From the NCBI GenBank assembly GCA_951406725.2, contig OX597815.1, forward strand, positions 210,676,001-210,740,000: DNA of 64,000 nucleotides, in the 5' to 3' direction. Positions 28,406 through 43,089 of the stretch are shown one piece after another; the first letter of the stretch is position 1, and each line of letters opens with the position of its first letter. The position numbers were made by a program, and so were the translations under genes. Origin of the DNA: Octopus vulgaris (Eukaryota). The notes beneath the pieces were generated by a model. It was not told where the DNA came from. It saw only the letters and a list, made by a program, of their open reading frames with translations, and searched no databases.

Positions 28406-29540
28406 GTTTCATTATCGTCTTCTTTCAATTCTGTTTCCATTTCTTGCCGAGTGTCTTCCTGATACCTAGAGCAGAGAAACGCGCTGTATACATTGGTAAA
28501 CCATTAAAATAAACACACCAAATTGTCAATTTACAACGTCATGCGAAAGAGAAAAAAGGGAAGAAAGAAAGAGTAAAAATAAAACAATACGAATTAAAAA
28601 AGTAATCAAAGAACATAAAGAGGAAAAGGGGAAAGAAAATTCACAGCGACAATGCTCTTCACAATATGTGTAACGTACCAGTTAAGACAATCTTTTGCAC
28701 TTCCTGCATAGATGGTAAACCAGGGATCATTCTTAAATAATTTTCAGTTCCTTCTTTGATCATTCCATTTACTCCTAGAATCACTGGTATCGTAATCGTC
28801 TTGAGATGTCACATATTTCCGATATCGATTAGCAAATCTTCTGAGCTTATCAAATTCTTTTGCTGTAATATTTATTTCTTTACTTCTTTTGCTGTAATAT
28901 TATGGTCACAGGGTATGCTCATGTCAATCAATAAACGGACTATATTATTTTGGTCTTTCTTAACAAAATCTGGTTTGTTTGCTTTGGTGGTCCGGTCTGT
29001 ACATACTGAGAAGTCCCAAAGAATTGCTACATTTTCTCTCTCAATTACATCCTCAGGGTGGTTCTTGTACCATTTCTTTAAAAAAAATTGATTCTATAAT
29101 GCCGACAGTGTAGATATTGGCCAACTCTGCCATGTCCTGATTTGTACTCTACAGGTGCTAAAACCTTACATCCAGAAATTAAGTGGTCCACTGTTTTTAT
29201 TCCATTGCTGCAGTATCGGCACTTTGGGTTTACACTATTTTTCATCACATTGGCTTGATATTTTCGCGTCAATAAGCTCTGACCTAGGACAGCCAGGATA
29301 ACGTCTTCAATTTCTGCTTTGAGCCCTGAGCTACGTAGTCACTGACGGGTGTACCTCTGGTCTACATCAGCTTGTTTGCTACGAGTCATATATTTGCCAT
29401 GCCGAGGTTTTTTGTTCCCTCCTATCAGCCAATTGTTCAAACGCATTTTGCTTTGCTATTGATTTAACCATTGTGATTACAGTTACTACACTTCCATCAT
29501 CCTGTTCAACATGGGTATTATGCTTAAACTCGCCTGAAAA
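28405..29540 (-). mobile_element. Older R4/Dong LINE fragment (CCHC + REL)
   Basis: 'KCRYC..TVDHLISGC..EYK.GH.RVGQYLH'; 'QKIVLTGTLHIL*RALSL*'; ends in TAA. Confidence 0.85.
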
Positions 29541-29580
29541 TATATTGCTCTCCTTCATATTATTATCATTATTATTATTA

Positions 29581-30000
29581 TTCAGTAGTTTTATTTTTAT
29601 AGCGTGCTTTCACTTCACTACCGAGCGCAGCTCTGTGTGCCTTGGGTATGTGCTGTGATTTGTTGTGATGCTCTGATGGTTATTGTATGGAAAGTGTTCT
29701 GCGTAGGATGTGTGCAGTGCCTAGTAGTGCAATTTTCTGTATGTTATATGTGTTTGTAAGTCCTGGTGTTTTTGTTATGTATTTGTCTGAATATTTTTTT
29801 ATCATACCTAATGCACCTACTATGATAGGAATTGTTTCTGTTTTCAGATTCCACATTCTAGTTACCTCTATTTCCAGGTCTTTGTATTTTGAGAGTTTCT
29901 CCATTTCTTTTAGAGACACGTTGTCATCTGCCGGTATTGATACATCAATTAGAAAGCATTTTTTTTCTTCATGATCTCTGACAACTATATCTGACAACTT
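29581..30000 (-). mobile_element. 5'-truncated R4/Dong LINE 3' end (REL endonuclease + 3' UTR) in TAA array
   Basis: 'DIVVRD..CFLIDVSIPADDNV..EKLSKYKDL..MW..PIIVGALG..IQKIALLGTAHILRRTL'; TAA repeats on both sides. Confidence 0.9.
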
Positions 30001-30001
30001 A

Positions 30002-30060
<59 letters not shown>

Positions 30061-30764
30061 CATTGCAATACTCTAATCAACTGTTACTGTGTAACTGTGA
30101 AATTCCTCTCTATACTCATGGCTCCCTATCCCGATTGATAATAGATTGCAGGTAAATATAGAACAGAATATTTTTCCTGTCTACTTCAGAGTTATCCAGG
30201 TAACATATGAAATTTTATAACAGAATCTGCAAAGGTTTGCTGTTTGCGTAATGACGCCCAAAACATCCAGGTTATGTTTTAGACTAGTTGGTTGAATATA
30301 GATTAGTCTAATGTACATGGAACATTTGATCTAAGCTTTATGAAGTTTTCATTTTATTTTTACTTATGTATTTCTTTCGAAATAACTTCAGTTGTTCCTT
30401 CATCACACCACTAAAAGTAAATCATATCATCACATAGAGTGGAAGCTACTGAAATAATCATCAAACGGATTTGTCTGCAGAATATTTATGCTCAACATTT
30501 TATGTATTATATTTTTAATAAAACTTTTTTGTGCCATTGATATGATTTTTTAAGCATTGCATTAACGCTAATCCACAAAATATTCATGAGAACCAGTCTG
30601 AAAAGGTCACCTATATAACCGAATCATTTGTTAACTTTTTATGGCATTTCAGAGTATTGGAACATCAATTTCAATAGATATGTTTGAATAAACAGGAACA
30701 CATTTTCAATCCTTTCTATATAAAGATAACTACTGATTGTAGAAAGGAATAAAGTATAAAAAAA

Positions 30765-30825
<61 letters not shown>

Positions 30826-31525
30826 TGTTCCACCAAGAAAAAAGAGAAACAGGTAAAATTATCTCTTGACGAAAGAGGAAATAAAAAAAAGACAAGGAAA
30901 AATAGAATATATTTAGACAAACATTTTAAACTGCTCTAACTCCATTAAAAATACTTTTGAACTTAAATACCAAATTTTGTGAAGAGGGAAATACAGAAAG
31001 AAAATAAGAGGGAAAACTAAATAGGTAGAAAGAAAACGAGAGAAAGAAAAGAGTGAGAGGGCCACAGATAAAGAGAAAATTAGAGTGATATACAGAGAGA
31101 AGTGCTAAACACACAAAGCTAAACAAGTTCAAAATATAGTATCAGCATCATTAAATAAATCTATTCTTGGTTTTGAATGCAAAAAATAAATAAATTAAAT
31201 ACAATAAACTTAAGAAAAAAATTTATACGACATAAATAGTCTATTTACTTTTGAGAACAATTATTATTTGATACATCACTTTGAATGCCCATTATTTTAT
31301 ATTTGCTGTGTACACTTTAGATATTTTCTAATAGACACTGATATCTGTTATAAAAAAACTAAAACATAAATCATATTGATAAATCACACAAACATAAATG
31401 CATATATGTATTTATGTATGTGTAAATATATGTATGTATGTATGTATATGTATGTATTTATGTATATATATATATATGTATATAATATATATGTATGTAT
31501 ATACATATATATATAAATGTACATA

Positions 31526-31580
<55 letters not shown>

Positions 31581-32713
31581 GTGTGTGAGTTATAGAAAAT
31601 GTAGTATCTATTACATTATTTATAATTGGTCCAAATGCTAGAGATGAATTGTTGCTTTGAATTTTCCAGAAAATGTTATCTTTATTACTATATTTAGTTT
31701 AGCTTTCTATATTGAGTTTTGTTTAAGTTCTAAATATACCTCTTTACATTCATGCACAAACATAAATTCACTCGCAAACAATTACATATTTACTATCATA
31801 TAAATATGTGCTTGATATACGTATGAAAATGTAAATTATAAATGAATATAAATCAAAATATCAAATGTTAAAGTATGTGTGTATTAGTGTATTTGTTTGT
31901 GGATTTAAAACGTGTTTTTCGCCCGAGTTCAGTTACATCTGTATGTAAAAAGATATATATATATATTTAGGATTGCAGCCGATTGATGTTATAAATATTG
32001 CTTCCAGAGGGATCAATGACTTTCAGGAACATTAACCAAGAGAGGAATTAATGTTGTAGAACATTTGAAGAATTTGCATCAGCATAGTTTTTTTAGATCA
32101 CAGGGAGTAAATCTGCCTATCAATATTCTTGGCCTAGAATCTGTCATTAATTCATTAATAACACGTGGATCCAACAGAGAATCTACATAAAACGCTCAGC
32201 TAACTCACTATATGTAAGCTAAATGCAATGGAACACTAATTATTCCAATTCCGGAATTCTGGGTCTAATGTGGTAAACAATACAAGCATGGCACTGTCAC
32301 AAGAACTCTAACAGAAAACTTGTTTGATCAACCAAAAAGTAGTGTGACATATTATTTAGGTGTGAGTAACTAGAAATGATAATACTAAATGATATTAAGC
32401 ATAAAGCAATTGATGAGATGTTCTATAGCATAGGGGCATGGGTAGAAATCGTTTAATTCCTGATCAACGATATCTTCTCATACGATATATGTCATAAAGA
32501 TATATTTATATATATCATTTCATATGATATATATGAAAATTAACTATGGGAGTATTCTTTTGTGATTAGCTCTTGCAAAGTTCTCACCTCACTAACCAAA
32601 CATCACATATAATTTAAACAAGTGCAGACTGGTGCTTTTTTTCCATTCGGATTATCTAAAGCTGTGTTCCACTCACATCCTAACTACAAAAGAGTATCGG
32701 TGTAGGGAGAAAC

Positions 32714-33075
32714 TACTGATAACTAGTTGAATGACCAGATCCAAGCTTCTCTGCAAGATCCTCAACAGTTACGAGATGTAACTTCCAGGATAAGGCTCGT
32801 CTTCTAGACTGTAGATTACGGCTCGGAAGTTTTTGAACCACCGTTGACACTGGCTTACACTTATTGACCGATCCCCATATATGCACTTTCTGTTGCGTTG
32901 TTGCTTTTATTGAACTCATAAAGCAAAATATGCAGAATATGCTCCTTTGCCACTTCCATTATAGCTTTGAAAAAATAACTGTTAAAATCGAACTGCACTC
33001 TTCAAAACTTGTACTAACAATAAGTACAAGGTAATATTATAGCAAGTTGACGCAGACAGTTTATCCCGTCCTCCA
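32714..33075 (-). mobile_element. Mariner transposase N-terminal relic
   Basis: Minus frames 'MEVAKEHILHILLYEFNKSNNATESA' and 'VTVEDLAEKLG.GHST'. Confidence 0.75.
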
Positions 33076-33510
33076 CCGACTCTTAGTTCATCCAATTGAA
33101 AAATCCGCATTATTTATGGGATAACCCTACGTGCTAGAATTTTTAATTTTGTATTAATAATTAGAATTTAGGGTAAACAATTGTGTCTCCAGTTTTGTCT
33201 TATAGTTGTTATCATGTTGTTATTTTATTGTTTTATATCCCTGTCACCACGCCATCATTTTGGAATTTCTGTTTGTTGTGCGTTCTGTTATAATCTACAT
33301 ACTGTTACATATTACTTCTTGCTAAAATATGATAATCTTCTTTTAAATCTTACTGTACCTGAAAATAGAAACGAGCATATTGGACAATTTAGTTCTACTT
33401 GCCTCTAAAACAAAGAATGATTATTGCTAAAATACACTTGATCATAATTCTGCGCCAAGAAATGTAACCGTGGTTAAAATAGTGTTAACTTCTCAATATT
33501 TCAATATACC

Positions 33511-33665
33511 TACGTTCTGAGTTCAAATTCTGCCGAGATCGACTTTTACTTTTATCCTTTCGGAGTTGATAGAATAAGTACCAGTTGCGTACTGGGGTCG
33601 ATCTAATTGACTGGCCCCTCCCCTACTCCCAAAAAATTTCGATCTTTGTGCCTAGAGTAGAAAAG
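33511..33665 (+). mobile_element. 5'-truncated SINE family A with 16-bp TSD
   Basis: TSD aatatttcaRtatacc at 33495-33510 and 33666-33681. Confidence 0.85.
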
Positions 33666-34937
33666 AATATTTCAGTATACCGCGTGTCTTCGTAATGATT
33701 ATGTCTTCATCATAAAATATAATATCATTCTTAATCATATTTTCAACGCAAAATGGAAATGAAAAATACGCATTAGCCGAAAACCAAATTATGTCAGAAA
33801 CTTCATACAGACCAGACTGTTGTTGTCTAGGTAGACAATAACAATACATCTATATTGGTAAAGTGATTACATTTCACCGATAAAATATCCACATCATTTG
33901 ATCATTAATTAAATGAATACCATTTATACACGCAGAATGACAGACGCATGTGGGCATAGCGATATTTATATATATATATATATATATGTATATGTATGTA
34001 TGTATGTATGTATGTATTTAGACCTTGACAGAGAGAATAGGAGATACATGTAGACACAAAGAGCATGAAGAAATGATGCGAAACAAAGAGAGGAAATGTC
34101 GTTTATTTAAGAACACGTCAATGGAGCACTGACTCAAATTTGGAAAATAGAGAAATAATTTATATAGGAACATACCTTACGAAAAATAGGCAAACTTAAT
34201 AACATAGAGGAAATATACTTATGGAAAGAGAATTAGAAATTCTAATTAAAGGAATATTTCCACAGAATTTATTGATTTCAATCAAATCAATCATCATAAG
34301 TATAATCCAACCTTGAAAATTAATCAAATATTTGATATCATTCTATAAAATACTATAAAATACTCGTTCATAAATTAGCAAACAATATATTAATTATCTA
34401 CATCAGATATTATGCGGAGGTTAAATATAGAGAAAATGATAGATGAGATGGAGTAAATAACATCCGTAAACTTTAATAAAATTATGCAGAACACAAAGAC
34501 GTATACCAAACAACTGAGATTTGATATTTTAGATAAAGGAAGAAAATTTATTATTCAATTTGCTTTTTTTCAACTAAAATCTTTTTTAATACATAGATGT
34601 AGTGCTACAACCATAAACTGTAGCACCAAAGCCTTGCAGTTTATTGAATAGTACAATTACTATTTAACATAAAGTACTCCTGAATTAAATAGAATTCTTA
34701 TATGAATACGAGTGTCTCTCCTAACTTATTTGACCATTGAGGAATAACTTAGGAATGTTCACCAAGGCATGAGCTACCATCTGAGAAAATGTAACACACA
34801 TTGCCTTATGCAGTCATAGTCGATGCACAATAATAAAATACAATGTTCACGGTGGCAGTGGCTTTGAGAATACATTTTTTGGTCATGGGGCACTTAACAA
34901 GAATCAACTACGTTAACAACAACGTTATTTATGCATC

Positions 34938-35324
34938 GTGGAGGCGCAATGGCCCAGTGGTTAGGGCAGCGGACTTGCGGTCGTAGGATCGCGGTTTCGA
35001 TTCTCAGACCGGGCGTTGTGAGTGTTTATTGAGCGAAAACACCTAAAAGCTCCACGAGGCTCCGGTAGGGGAATGGTGGTGATCCCTGCTGTACTCTTTC
35101 ACCACAACTTTCTCTCACTCTTACTTCCTGTTTCTGTTGTACCTGTATTTCAAAGGGCCGGCCTTGTCACTCTCTGTGTCACGCTGAATATCCCCGAGAA
35201 CTACGTTAAGGGTACACGTGGCTGTGGAGTGCTCAGCCACTTACACGTTAATTTCACGAGCAGGCTGTTCCGTTGATCGGATCAACCGGAACCCTCGTCG
35301 TCGTAACCGACGGAGTGCTTCCAC
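34938..35324 (+). mobile_element. Full-length tRNA-derived SINE (family C) with TSD
   Basis: A box tggcccagtgg, B box ggtttcgattc; 11-bp TSD atttatgcatc at 34927-34937 and 35325-35335. Confidence 0.9.
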
Positions 35325-36277
35325 ATTTATGCATCATATTAGACAGTAAAATAGTGTCGTTAGTTGATGCTACACGCAAAACATATAGAAGAAATATGAA
35401 GTATTTGTCTATGATTTAAGCAGCTTACACAGGTCCAGATATACTTACTAATAAATTAATTCTATACTAAACAAACAGGAAGACTTTGTACAGAAATGAA
35501 AAATTCTGATCATATGTGAATTAATTGAAACCGTTTTAAGAAAATGAATCAAATCAGTAAAGTTAAATAAGTTTCATAAATTTGTCAAAAATAAATCATA
35601 AACTATTTGATTATAAATGTCTTACTTTTAGAAATATTTCTTGATTAAAAATGTACAAACTTCAGAATTAATTTCTGTCAAGAATATATTACCACACTAA
35701 TGAAATCAGTTAACGTAAACTTTTGTTATTTATATATTCTACGATGGGAGAAAACGAGATGGCTGGGATAGGAATTGAACAAGGAGTTTATCACCCTTCT
35801 ATTGCTTCTCCTCCACCACACTCTTACCACAACCAATTTCAAGTATCGTACTCTCGCTCCGTCATTTTCTTTTCCCGAGCTGACAGAATCGTTAGCACGC
35901 CTGGCAAAATGCTTAGCGGCATTGCGACCGTCCATACGTTCTGAATTCAAATTAGGCCAGAGTCAATCGATGCAGCCCCTACCGCAAACCTGCTGGCCTT
36001 GTGCCAAAATTTGAAACCATCACATTTCTTCTTAGTCACACTTTTACTCCAGTTACTTTTTCTATGCTTTATAACACTCTTATATTGTTTACAATCCATC
36101 ATTATCTTCTTCCAAGTAATCTCAGTTAATCCATCTACACCTGCACATTCAAACAGGCATAAAAGTAGTCTGCATTATTTTCAAGAGAAAGTAGCCAGGT
36201 GGGCTGAGTTATCTTTTCATAGATTCAACTGTGCTAACTTCTGCTGCTCATATGTGAGTGTACATTAATACAAAGTA

Positions 36278-36312
<35 letters not shown>

Positions 36313-36374
36313 CCTTCATATGTGTGTGTGTGTATACAAACTGAATAACCCGTCGTTCGCAGGCAGTTTTTACA

Positions 36375-36899
36375 GTAGAATGTCTGTATGCGTGTGGGAA
36401 ATGTTTGTCTATCGATCTGAGGAAAATCTTTCCCACACAAGTCTTGACGTTGAGGGTGGAGCAAACCAAACGACATATCTGCGGTGCTTCCTTTTCCGGC
36501 TGCCAGGGTCAGGCATGTAGGAGATGCAATCTTTAAACCCACTTGATGCCAGTGCTTCATTGTAGTAGGGAGCTGAGACGTCGAAGATATCTTGGCTCGA
36601 GGATAGATTCGAGGTCCTCTTGCTTACACTTTTCACTAGATTCTTGAAAAGAATAGTGGGGTGGCAGGGGGCTGTGCTAATATAAGACAGTCTCTCATTT
36701 GGCTTGTGATAGGGTCTGCATGTACCAAAGCCCAGATCTAAAGTAACATCTAAGAAATCTGCTGTGGTAAGATTAGTTGCAATGGTGATCTTAAGACCCA
36801 TTGAGCCTAAGATGCTAATTAGGTCCTTTCTAGGTCTAGCATTTTGTGGCCGTTGGATCCTCTAGAGATGGCTAGGGAGTCATCTCTGTAGACACCAAA
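36375..36899 (-). mobile_element. Degenerate PLE RT fragment related to the 47.9-kb element
   Basis: 'FGVYRDD' at 36879-36899; ORF 36409-36801 'ADFLDVTLDL..RPYHKPNERLSYI..CHP..FKNLVK..VVWFAPP' parallels the 47.9-kb ORF; frameshifted. Confidence 0.9.
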
Positions 36900-37013
36900 A
36901 GGATGAAATGGAAAATGTCAACCTCAGTGAAATTTTGAGTCAGAACGTAAAAACGAACGAAACGCCGCTAAGCATTTTGTCCACTGTACTAACGATTCTG
37001 TCAGCTCGTCACT
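36893..37013 (-). mobile_element. SINE family A 5' half fused to PLE fragment
   Basis: Head and core end at ..catccttttggtgtc, which runs into FGVYRDD codons. Confidence 0.8.
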
Positions 37014-40000
37014 ATAAAAGGAAAAGAAACGTTGACTTCGGTGGAATTTGGACTCAGAAAATAAAACCGGAAGAAATGCTTCGAAGCACTTTGTCTAGCG
37101 TACTAGAAGGACTAATAGTGAAATTATTTTGGCCATAGATCTAATTTTCTAATTCAATGATTATTCCCAAACCCTAGGTTTTAAAACAATTTATTGCATT
37201 TCTACATTTTTTTTTTTTTTAATGAGAAATTATTATTTGGCCGTCCATATAATTTGATACTGCTTTCAGTTGGTTTTCAACAATTCCTGGACTTACAAGC
37301 TTTCACATTATGAGTGCAAATTGGAAGTTGTTATACACAAATATAATCCTGGTGCATTAAGGAAAATAATTGGCTCATCTTTAAAAAAAAAAGCAGAAAG
37401 CCCATGACTACATCATACGATGAAGAGTTCAAATATAAGCTTGAAATATATTTATCTATAATTTCGCTGAGTATAATGTATATGCAAGTTTTCATTAGGC
37501 ATCAGAATTAAGGGCATACACTTGTTCTAAACTGTCAACTGACAGACAGTTTAAATATAAGTTTAGAATTTATCAACAAATAATATCCCTGTGCATAACC
37601 TATCACCAAATTCTAAATTAGTCATTAAAGTTAAAGGCAGACATACCCGAGTATCAATATCCAGCCTTGAAATTAGTTTCATTTAGTTTTTTCAACCACA
37701 TAAATACTTCAACGAAACATATAACGATTATCACCTTACTTTGGCTATACTTCATACCTATGATAAACGGCATATAATATAACACGAAAATGTACAGACT
37801 AAATTTTGTATAATTTTACCAATATTTAAATATGCTTCAAATGCAAAAATCAATAATAACTAAAGCAACAGGAAGAACTAGAGGTTACCCATCAATTATT
37901 CAGTTTCCAATTATAGTTCAAATGATAATTTATTATTTGCAATACTAGTTGATTATTCATTCAACACATAATCACTGTAGCCAGTAATTTGTCAATTTGT
38001 GTAACATATTCTTTATTCTGCATATAAAATGTTGCATTCAATTTAGATAATAATATAATTTAGATGACATCATCCAATCTGTTCAAATTTATGAGCTCTC
38101 CTACCCTATGAGTATTCCTTAGTTTTGTCCTTTTGCGTCATTAGCAAGAGATTTCATTCAAGTTTATTTCATTCAATATTCTAATGGTGTGTTTTATTTG
38201 ACATTTTCATTATTTCTTGTTATCTGAGTAGCTCATATAAATACCTGTTTATTTCAGGCAATAAACTTTTATCAAAGTACATTTGTTTATATATTTCGAG
38301 ACCAATATTTGTATTGTGTTGATTACTATATTTGCCAATATTTTCAGCAGCAACAACAACCAGGGCATCATCATTATCATCATCATCGTCGTCAATCGTC
38401 GTCATCATCATCATCTCATCAGAACTCTTATAAACGGTATTATTATCACCTTCACCATCATTCTTAGCGTTCTTGTCCTGCCTCCGACTGTCTATCTTCG
38501 TGCAGTTTTCCATATACAACCAAATTCATTATAGTTTTATTAATGAGATCATTTATTTACACATAATTCACCAGTATTTGCAACAGTTGATTACTAGGAG
38601 CTGTATTACATCTTACCAGTAGAGAGTCATGAATATATGTTGCTTTTTGGCTAAGAATTTAACGGCTAACAATTTTGGCTAAGAATTTAACGATTCATGT
38701 TGTGAGAAGTGGGAATATAATATGTTCATGTTGGATAATGGATTCCTTTTAAATCAGAGAAGAAACCTGTCTTTTCTCGGAACACTGGTGCCTATGAAAC
38801 CTGTCTTTTCTCGGAACATCGGCGCCTTTCTCTGATTGTACAATGCTTCTGTAATTATAGCTATTTTGACGGGGAAGATCATGGAAAATTCTACTAGAAA
38901 ATGTGGGTTGAATGATCACAGCTGAAATATGATTGATCAGAATTCAGGGCAAGTCGCTTGGTATCATGAGGCATATTTCTCATAATTCGGTTGTGGCGAT
39001 TTCGGTTTTTAACTCCACAGCAACACTAGCATAACTGACATTCTGTGTGTAGAAACATTTTAGAATATATTAAAGACCTCTCTTTAAAGTATCCACGTGC
39101 ATCGATGTGGGACATGCAGATATTTATAATTTTAATTAATATTTATAATTAACGACATTTATATTTATATTTATAAGTAAAGTCAGAAATATATGTATTA
39201 AACTAGTTTATTGTTTTCCGCTATGACACGAAATTTAAATTGATTTTCAATTGAAATACGTATGAGCTCCTAATTTTGTATATCTCATCTAATCTTTGAT
39301 GACTAGTTTCAAATAATTTTCTATCCGTGTGAATCTTAATCTGAGTGAATCTGTGAGTAATAAACATGCAATAATTTTGGTTACTTAAATTTTATTAAGT
39401 AACATGGTGTGCTTTAATGTACGAGGAGCAATAGATAAATAGAAGTTATGTATTTATGTTACAGTAATACAAATCGTAAACTGAAAAACAGATTATATTA
39501 TATTTGAAGGTAACATTTTAGACGATAATAGCAAAAGTTTACATGGCAGAGAAATTCGATGTTATCAATATATTAGCTTCAAATTTCCGTGACACAATAA
39601 TTTAGATATTCACCAACACTTCACAATGTGAAATGAGAAATACAAACAATTATTAGTATCGTTATATTTCAAGATGGCCTTTTTGTTTTCTGCCAAATAA
39701 ACACACGCGCTATGTACTCGTTCTTGACTTCATATTTATTATTGTACTTATTTTATTGTCATTTGTCTTAAATCTTTCGTCACACATACTGTGACCTCTT
39801 CTGCTACTCTCAATCTCATATGCCTCCTCCTGAAGGAAAATGAACTTATAGTGCATGTGTTCACATGGCAAAAAATGGCCATTCAAAATTATATCAATAT
39901 CTGTTTCAATACACGATTTCACCTCAGGAATCTTGCACAAATAAATATACAAACGTAATAATTGTGAGTAACTTTATAAGAAAAAACATATATCCCTCTA

Positions 40001-40704
40001 AATAAAGAAGAAATCACCTCATAATTTTGGGTCGAGTCTTGTAATTTTTGCAAGGCCAGCTGAATGAAAAAGAGTATTTCAAGGTAGTAAAAAGATCAGA
40101 TAAATATTATACGCTAATTGAATTTCACTAACTCATGTCAATGTAAATTGACCAGATATCCAAAAGCTGGCCTTACTTTGCCTCTTACTAATAATTCAGT
40201 GTTGTTAGCAGTTTGACATTTGTTCATTCTAATTTAGCATTTACAGCACTGAGGTAGCAAAAGGAAAAAAAGATAAAATTATGCACATGCACAAAAATAC
40301 ACTCAATTATGTCTTTAAGTAATGGAGCTTATGTATGTATATCTAAGTGAATAATTGAGGAATTGCCAACAACTTCTCATCTCCTATCACACCTCATCTT
40401 CCACCAGAGTCCACTTTAAAACAATGAAATAGAATTAACTGATACATCACAGCAATTCATGCACCAACCTCTTCTCTAAATTAATAAAATAAAAGTAACT
40501 GTATTTCACACCGTTTATACCAAAATTTCTCCAAAGGAAAGAAATTATGTGAAAGAATGAAAAAGGCAGACAGACAGAGATTTAGGGAAACACTTTTTCG
40601 TGGCCGATGCACCTGATCTATCTGCTGCATTACTGTCTAAGATAATCTTCCGCATAAAAAGAATGTCAATATATGGTAGAATGGCTCGGGTTCTACAAAG
40701 AAGT

Positions 40705-41122
40705 TTCTTATTTCTTTATTGCCCACAAGGGCTAAACATAGATGGACAAACAAGGACAGAAAAAATGATTAAGTCGATTATATCGACCCCAGTGCGTAAC
40801 TAGTACTTAATTTATCGACCCCGAAAAGATGAAAGGCAAAGTCGACCTCAGCGGAATTTGAACTCAGAACGTAACGGCAGACGAAATACCTTTTTCTTTA
40901 TTACCCACAAGGGGCTAAACATAGAGGGGACAAACAAGGACAGACAAAGGGATTAAGTCGATTATATCGACCCCAGTGCGTAACTGGTACTTAATTTATC
41001 GACCTCGAAAGGATGAAAGGCAAAGTCGACCTCGGCGGAATTTGAACTCAGAACGTAGCAGCAAACGAAATACCGCTAAGAATTTCGCCCGGCGTGCTAA
41101 CGTTTCTGCTAGCTCGCCGCCT
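40705..41122 (-). mobile_element. Tandem/partially duplicated SINE family A
   Basis: Full copy ~40890-41122 plus a 5'-truncated copy ~40705-40890. Confidence 0.88.
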
Positions 41123-42401
41123 TCAACAAAGAAGCTTCTGCCTGATCCCTCCATCTGCTATAAATAGCAGTTAAATCTATGTCAGTTAACAGAATACCAC
41201 CTAAAATAAAGTATACTGAGGGCATTTTATTTCTTAATAAGGAGACAAGAATATCACGAATGGAAAGTTTTTCATCATAACATTCTCCGATCAGAACTGC
41301 TTTGTTGCTGTACAATTACAAACATTTACTTGATGCAAACGAAGAAACGCCTCTGAGAATTCATCTGACCTGTTAAAACAGTAGCTAAATATCTCCTAGA
41401 TCACCCCCTCCTCTTAAACTTGTCTCGCATTAGAAACGTTGGATAACATAGTCAATGCTGAACAGAGAAAAAAAGACGAAATAATTCATTCTCATACACA
41501 CACATACACACATGTTCACGCAAATATAAATATGTGGGGTTGGTTCCTCTGTGTGTGTGTGTGTGTGTATGTGTGTGTGTGTCTGTGTGTTTATGTGTGT
41601 GTGCGTACGTATGACTTAGAAAACAACAAAAGTCATTCATTCTTTATTAGTGTTCTCATATTCCAAATATGTGAAATCTACTATTCCAGAGATGCTGTGT
41701 ATTCGTCTTAGTTTCTCTTATCTAAGCAATCTAAAGCCTTCACACCGTTGGTCGAAGCAGTAGTATATGAATCAATAAGTAAAAGTATACAAATGTGCAT
41801 AAACTGTCCTGGGAAAATAGAATTGAGAAATGTCTATAAACTAAATAAATCAGAGACACCATTTGTAAGAGAAATAGTAGGAAAATTTTGTGTTGTAATG
41901 CATATGATATAACGAAACAAACTGGAAATTATTGTCCCATGAGGAGAATGACAGATATTTCCATGTTCAAACAAGAACAGGAGACAATTTGGGAAAAATA
42001 TTTGTCTTCCATCTTTTGTGCAAATTACAGTTTCACTGAAGTTGTTGACGTAGTAATAGGTGAAGTACTGTTTTGTATATAAGGCTTGCTAAGTAGAATA
42101 ATTTGTTTTGTCGGAAACAAAGAAATGTCGAAATTTTTGGACAGAATCATTTTTCTGAAAGAGATTATTTTTGTTATTGGTAGTCGTAAAAGCAATGTTC
42201 GTAAGAAGTGAGATTGAGGAAAATCATAATGGAGACTTAAAGAGGAGATGGCGAGGAAAGAAAATGGAGATTTAAGATAGTGTAAGGCTAAAACTAAGGA
42301 TAGAAGATAAGTAACAAGAACGCTAACAGATTTTAAGAAAACCATGTAGTGTTGAAATTTGGAAACCAGAAGAGAAACTTTGATCTATATAGGCGCCTAT
42401 A

Positions 42402-42451
<50 letters not shown>

Positions 42452-43089
42452 TGTGTGCGTGTGTGTGCGTGCGTGTATTTATGTACCTAAGTATGTATTT
42501 ATATATTAATGTGTAATCCGATTGTAAATGAAAATATCGACTCAGATCGGTGAATTATCGAAACATAACTTTAGATGAAATGTTACACAATATTACACCG
42601 AGCTGTTTAAGTGCTCAGTAGTAGAGTACATGTAACTATGCAAACGCAATAACGCTTAGGGAGGCAATTTACCAAGAAAATTCCATGATAGGCATCAGTT
42701 GCGATTCGACGAAAACAGAATTCTTGGAAATTACAAAATTATAAAACTACAAAATTTCTGACAGCAACAGGGGCAGGTGTGATTGTGTGGTAAGAAGTAT
42801 GTTTCCCAACCATTGGGCTCTCGGTTCAGTCCCACTCCGTGGCCCCTTCGGCAAGTGTCTTCTACTGTAGCCCCAACCGACCAAAGCTTTGTGAATGGAC
42901 TTGGTAATCAGAAACTGAAAGAAACTCCTTGTATATATAATATGATGTTTAATTTCGTTTGTTCATTTAATTATTTGCGTACACCTTGATCATCATCTGA
43001 TCTTGGCAAGCTATACAGTTTTGGAATGCTCTATGTTTAAGCTACATGAAATTACCAGCTCCCTATGTCTGATTTTTAGGGTTTTAGAG

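Noticed and set aside
34938-35015. tRNA gene
   Set aside because: A/B boxes belong to a TSD-flanked SINE; no complete cloverleaf.
38220-38519. 99-aa acidic ORF as host exon
   Set aside because: Partly GAT repeat; no recognisable domain or convincing splice sites.
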